Source of the DNA: Macrostomum lignano
Lineage: Eukaryota
Reading direction: 5' to 3'
Assembly: GCA_002269645.1 (NCBI GenBank)
Contig: NIVC01001989.1
Span: 151,578-215,577, forward strand
DNA length: 64,000 bases
The notes below the pieces were generated by a model. The model was given only the letters and a program-made list of their open reading frames with translations. It searched no databases and was not told the DNA's origin. Each line of letters opens with the position of its first letter. Positions within the stretch are counted from its first letter, which is position 1. Below are positions 61,075 to 64,000 of this stretch, in pieces. A program made the position numbers and the translations under genes.

Positions 61075-62720
61075 TAATTGGTCTCCCATTCGGATATGCA
61101 GCCTGTCGAGTTCTGTCTTCCACCTCAGTTTGAGGACTTCACCGTTGGGTTGGCGGCGGGCGGCGGTTTTTACAGCGTAAGGCGCCTGCGGAGGAGCCCT
61201 GCGCTCCGGGACTCGGTCACTCGCCGCAGGCCGCAAATTGGACTCCGTCGTCTGCTGTCCGCCCGCGTGGGGTTGCTCAGCCGCGCCCCCTGGCTGTATG
61301 GTGCTAGGCATCCGGCCCTATCGGCAACGTCTAGCGACAATGACCGCGACCCGAAGAAAAAACAAATGACGCAATCCAGAAGAGTAGAGTATCGACGGAT
61401 GCCGGCCTTGCCCCGCCTAAATGTGCCCTGCAATATGAGCAGCAGCCTGTCCTGCAGAGGCTTGGGGCAGCAGCCTGTCCTGCAGAGGCTTGGGGCAGCA
61501 GCCTGTCCTGCAGAGGCTTGGGGCAGCAGCCTGTCCTGCAGAGGCTTGGGGCAGCAGCCTGTCCTGCAGAGGCTTGGGGCAGCAGCCTGTCCTGCAGAGG
61601 CTTGGGGCAGCAGCCTGTCCTGCAGAGGCTTGGGGCAGCAGCCTGTCCTGCAGAGGCTTGGGGCAGCAGCCTGTCCTGCAGAGGCTTGGAGCAGCAGCCT
61701 GTCCTGCAGAGGCTGGGGGCAAAAGGCTTCGCGGAGCAGCCGCCGAGTCCAGCTGCCGCTTCAGCATGGCCGTCAGCGTCCACGTCTCGGCATTGTACAA
61801 TAGGATGGTGTCGACTACCGCCTGCCAGAACCGAGCCCTCTGGCGGTTGGCCAGCGCTTCTGACTGAAGGACGATCCGGATGGATCGATAGGCCGGCCAG
61901 GCGAATCCGAAGGAGTAGGGTCTTCCACCCGTCTGCGCCGCGGCATGTCATGTCAGGTCCACTGGGGATGTCAGTCAGCACGGTGAGCACCTTGGTCTTT
62001 AAGCGTTTTGACCACAAGGCCGGCGATGGGAGCCACTTTGACTAGCTTGTCAATCTGGAGCTGGACGGTGTCGCAGTAAACGACGCGGCGAGTCGGGACC
62101 AGCGCGTGATCGAGTTGCGCTAACCACTTCGTTGTGTTCCGCTCGCGTGCATTGTGCGCCTCCTCTTGCAGCCCGCAAAGGTGACCAGGCGCGAGGGAGG
62201 CTTGTGTAACTGAGTGTTAGCGGACACCAGGTCCAGCCGGTCGAGCAGGTGCTCCAACGCATCCATGTCCGCGTAACTGCATCTAGGTCCCCGAGCAGCA
62301 CCACCAACAGTGGGCCATTAGGGCCCGGCAGTTCAGATTGCAGAGCCTCAGGCGGCCACCTGGTACAGCTGGGGGTCTTGGTCCCCGGCGCCAACCGGCG
62401 GATCCAGGTTTGTGGTAGCAGAGGCCGGAGGCGACTGGCGTCTGGCTGCGCCACGGAGTCGCCCTCACCGGTTGCTCTGGCGCCTCCGCTCAGAACGGCG
62501 CTGTGCGCTGCGCTTCCCTCTGTGTGTCCCTGCTATTATGCTGATGCTGTGCTGTCGCAGCCGAGGTCGGCCGTCCGAGCCAACCGTGGTCAGTACTGCG
62601 GTCTGACCGCGATGCCAGTAGGTGTCAAGTAGTGTTGTAGTTAGAATAGTCACGAAGTCACGAAGGCTGTCGTGCGTTTCAACCTCGGTCCAGTGCGCGT
62701 AGACTGACTCAAGGAGTTCT
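61075..62720 (-). mobile_element. Decayed, internally deleted RTE-like LINE (APE endonuclease remnant joined to RT C-terminus)
   Basis: Minus-strand frames give VVLLGDLDA (GDFNA-like) and LDLVSANTQLHKPPSRLVTF (endonuclease), then GLVVKTLKTKVL and AYRSIRIVLQS...QAVVDTILLYNAETWTLT..LKRQLD (RT C-terminus). Many stops and frameshifts. Confidence 0.7.
61436..61715. repeat. 28-bp GC-rich minisatellite (CAGCCTGTCCTGCAGAGGCTTGGGGCAG), about 10 copies, inside the LINE relic
   Basis: Direct reading. Confidence 0.95.
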
Positions 62721-63339
62721 ACGAGCGTATCCTTGGCTGACTACATCAGACAGCAGTGGCTTAGCGACCAAAAAGGGCTTACATTTTCTGGAATTTACTC
62801 TTATTTGCTATGTATTTATTTCTGCGCAGTTTCAAGCTGCCCGAACATTATAAATTCAGATATTTTTTGTTTATGTGGATGTGAAACATGGGCTATTTGC
62901 GATTTTAAACATTAAAATATGTATTTTTGTCCTTTTTTAGGTCAGGCTTCTGTCAGAAATGAACTGAAGAAGAGCCGCCCCTCGGGCCTGACCCAGAGGC
63001 GGGGGTTTTGCTGTATGTGCAGTCCCAGGAGGTTTTGGCAGGGAGGCACTCCTTCGACTCGTCCCGAGCTTTTTTGACATTCTCAAGGGATTTTTTGAGC
63101 TTCCCATACCGGGGAGTCTTTATGTCTATGATTTATTAAGGGAACTAAAGAGTCCTTCGCTTCTCTATCGTATACCCGAGCATACTATCTTTTTGTGATT
63201 TTTAGGCTAAAAGGAGAAGTACTGCTACTTTTGAATCGAAGGAAGTTGATTATCGACTGAATTTCCGGTTGCTTTTGGACTCGACACTCGATTAGTCTTT
63301 TAGACTCATTTTAACAATACATAAGCCATAAACTAAACC

Positions 63340-63670
63340 GTGTGACTATATTGAAGCCATAGACTAAACTGTGTGATTATATCGAAGCCATTGACTAAAC
63401 TGTGTGACTATATCGAAGCCATAGAATACTGTGTGACTATATTGAAGCCATAGACTAAACTGTGTGACTATACTGAAGCCATAGACTAAACTGTGTGACT
63501 ATATCAAAGCCATAAAGTAAACAGTTTGTGACTACATCGAAGCCATAGACTAAACTGTTTGTGACTATATTACGTCGTAAAGCCATAGACTAAATGGTTT
63601 GTGACTATATTGAGGCCATAGACTAAATGGTTTGTGACTATATTGAAGCCATAGACTGGAACTGTTGTGT
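63340..63670. repeat. Degenerate ~31-bp tandem repeat (GACTATATTGAAGCCATAGACTAAACTGTGT)
   Basis: Direct reading. Confidence 0.85.
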
Positions 63671-64000
63671 ATGTTGAAGCCACGGGCTAAAGGTGCCTTC
63701 TAAAGATTCAGAAAAAAATACGAATGATTTACTTCTGTCCACTGTAATCCGAGCAGAAGCTTGTATATTTTAAAAGTAAAGCTTAGTGCTGCTTAATAAT
63801 TCTTAGTATCTGTTACTATTTTTTTCAATTCGCAAAATAAGGAGTTTTGGCAATAGACATTTTTTAGATTTCATTATTTCTTTCTTCATCTTGTGTGCTG
63901 GTGTGATAATGTGGGGGCTCCGCCCCCACACCCCGCAAGGGGGCTCAGCGCCCCCTTGACCCCGCTTTCTTCTGACTTTGCAATAGACATTTTCAGCGGC

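Overview
Eukaryotic (metazoan) genomic DNA with GT-AG introns, GC-rich exons in AT-rich intergenic DNA, and roughly a quarter of the window (about 16 kb by my hand tally) made of micro- and minisatellites. That style suggests the flatworm Macrostomum lignano, but this is inference only. Four protein-coding genes can be built by hand from splice sites and reading phases. (1) A 2-exon class A GPCR of the NPY/NPF-receptor type with degenerate DRY and NPxxY motifs (+, 10663-12994). (2) A 10-exon type I membrane receptor, mostly missed by the ORF track (-, 37662-26663): signal peptide, F-type-lectin/discoidin-like domain, three Ig-like domains, TM, and a cytoplasmic tail of 8 tandem 20-aa EDEYDLL repeats encoded by a 60-bp VNTR. 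(3) MGAT1/GnT-I (-, 44716-41000). (4) An ACP2-like lysosomal acid phosphatase (-, 60765-55082). Mobile DNA includes a very recent but internally broken Ty3/Gypsy element (158-bp LTRs, 5-bp TSD), a tRNA-derived SINE family (two full copies with TSDs plus relatives), a Merlin deletion derivative, MITE-like hairpins, RTE-like LINE relics and a tRNA-Leu PBS relic. The best candidate for an undescribed system is the lectin-Ig receptor with a repeat-encoded multivalent tyrosine tail and an upstream array of CLEAR/M-box E-boxes. No CRISPR, rRNA or intact tRNA genes were seen. All domain calls are by-eye motif recognition; no database searches were run.
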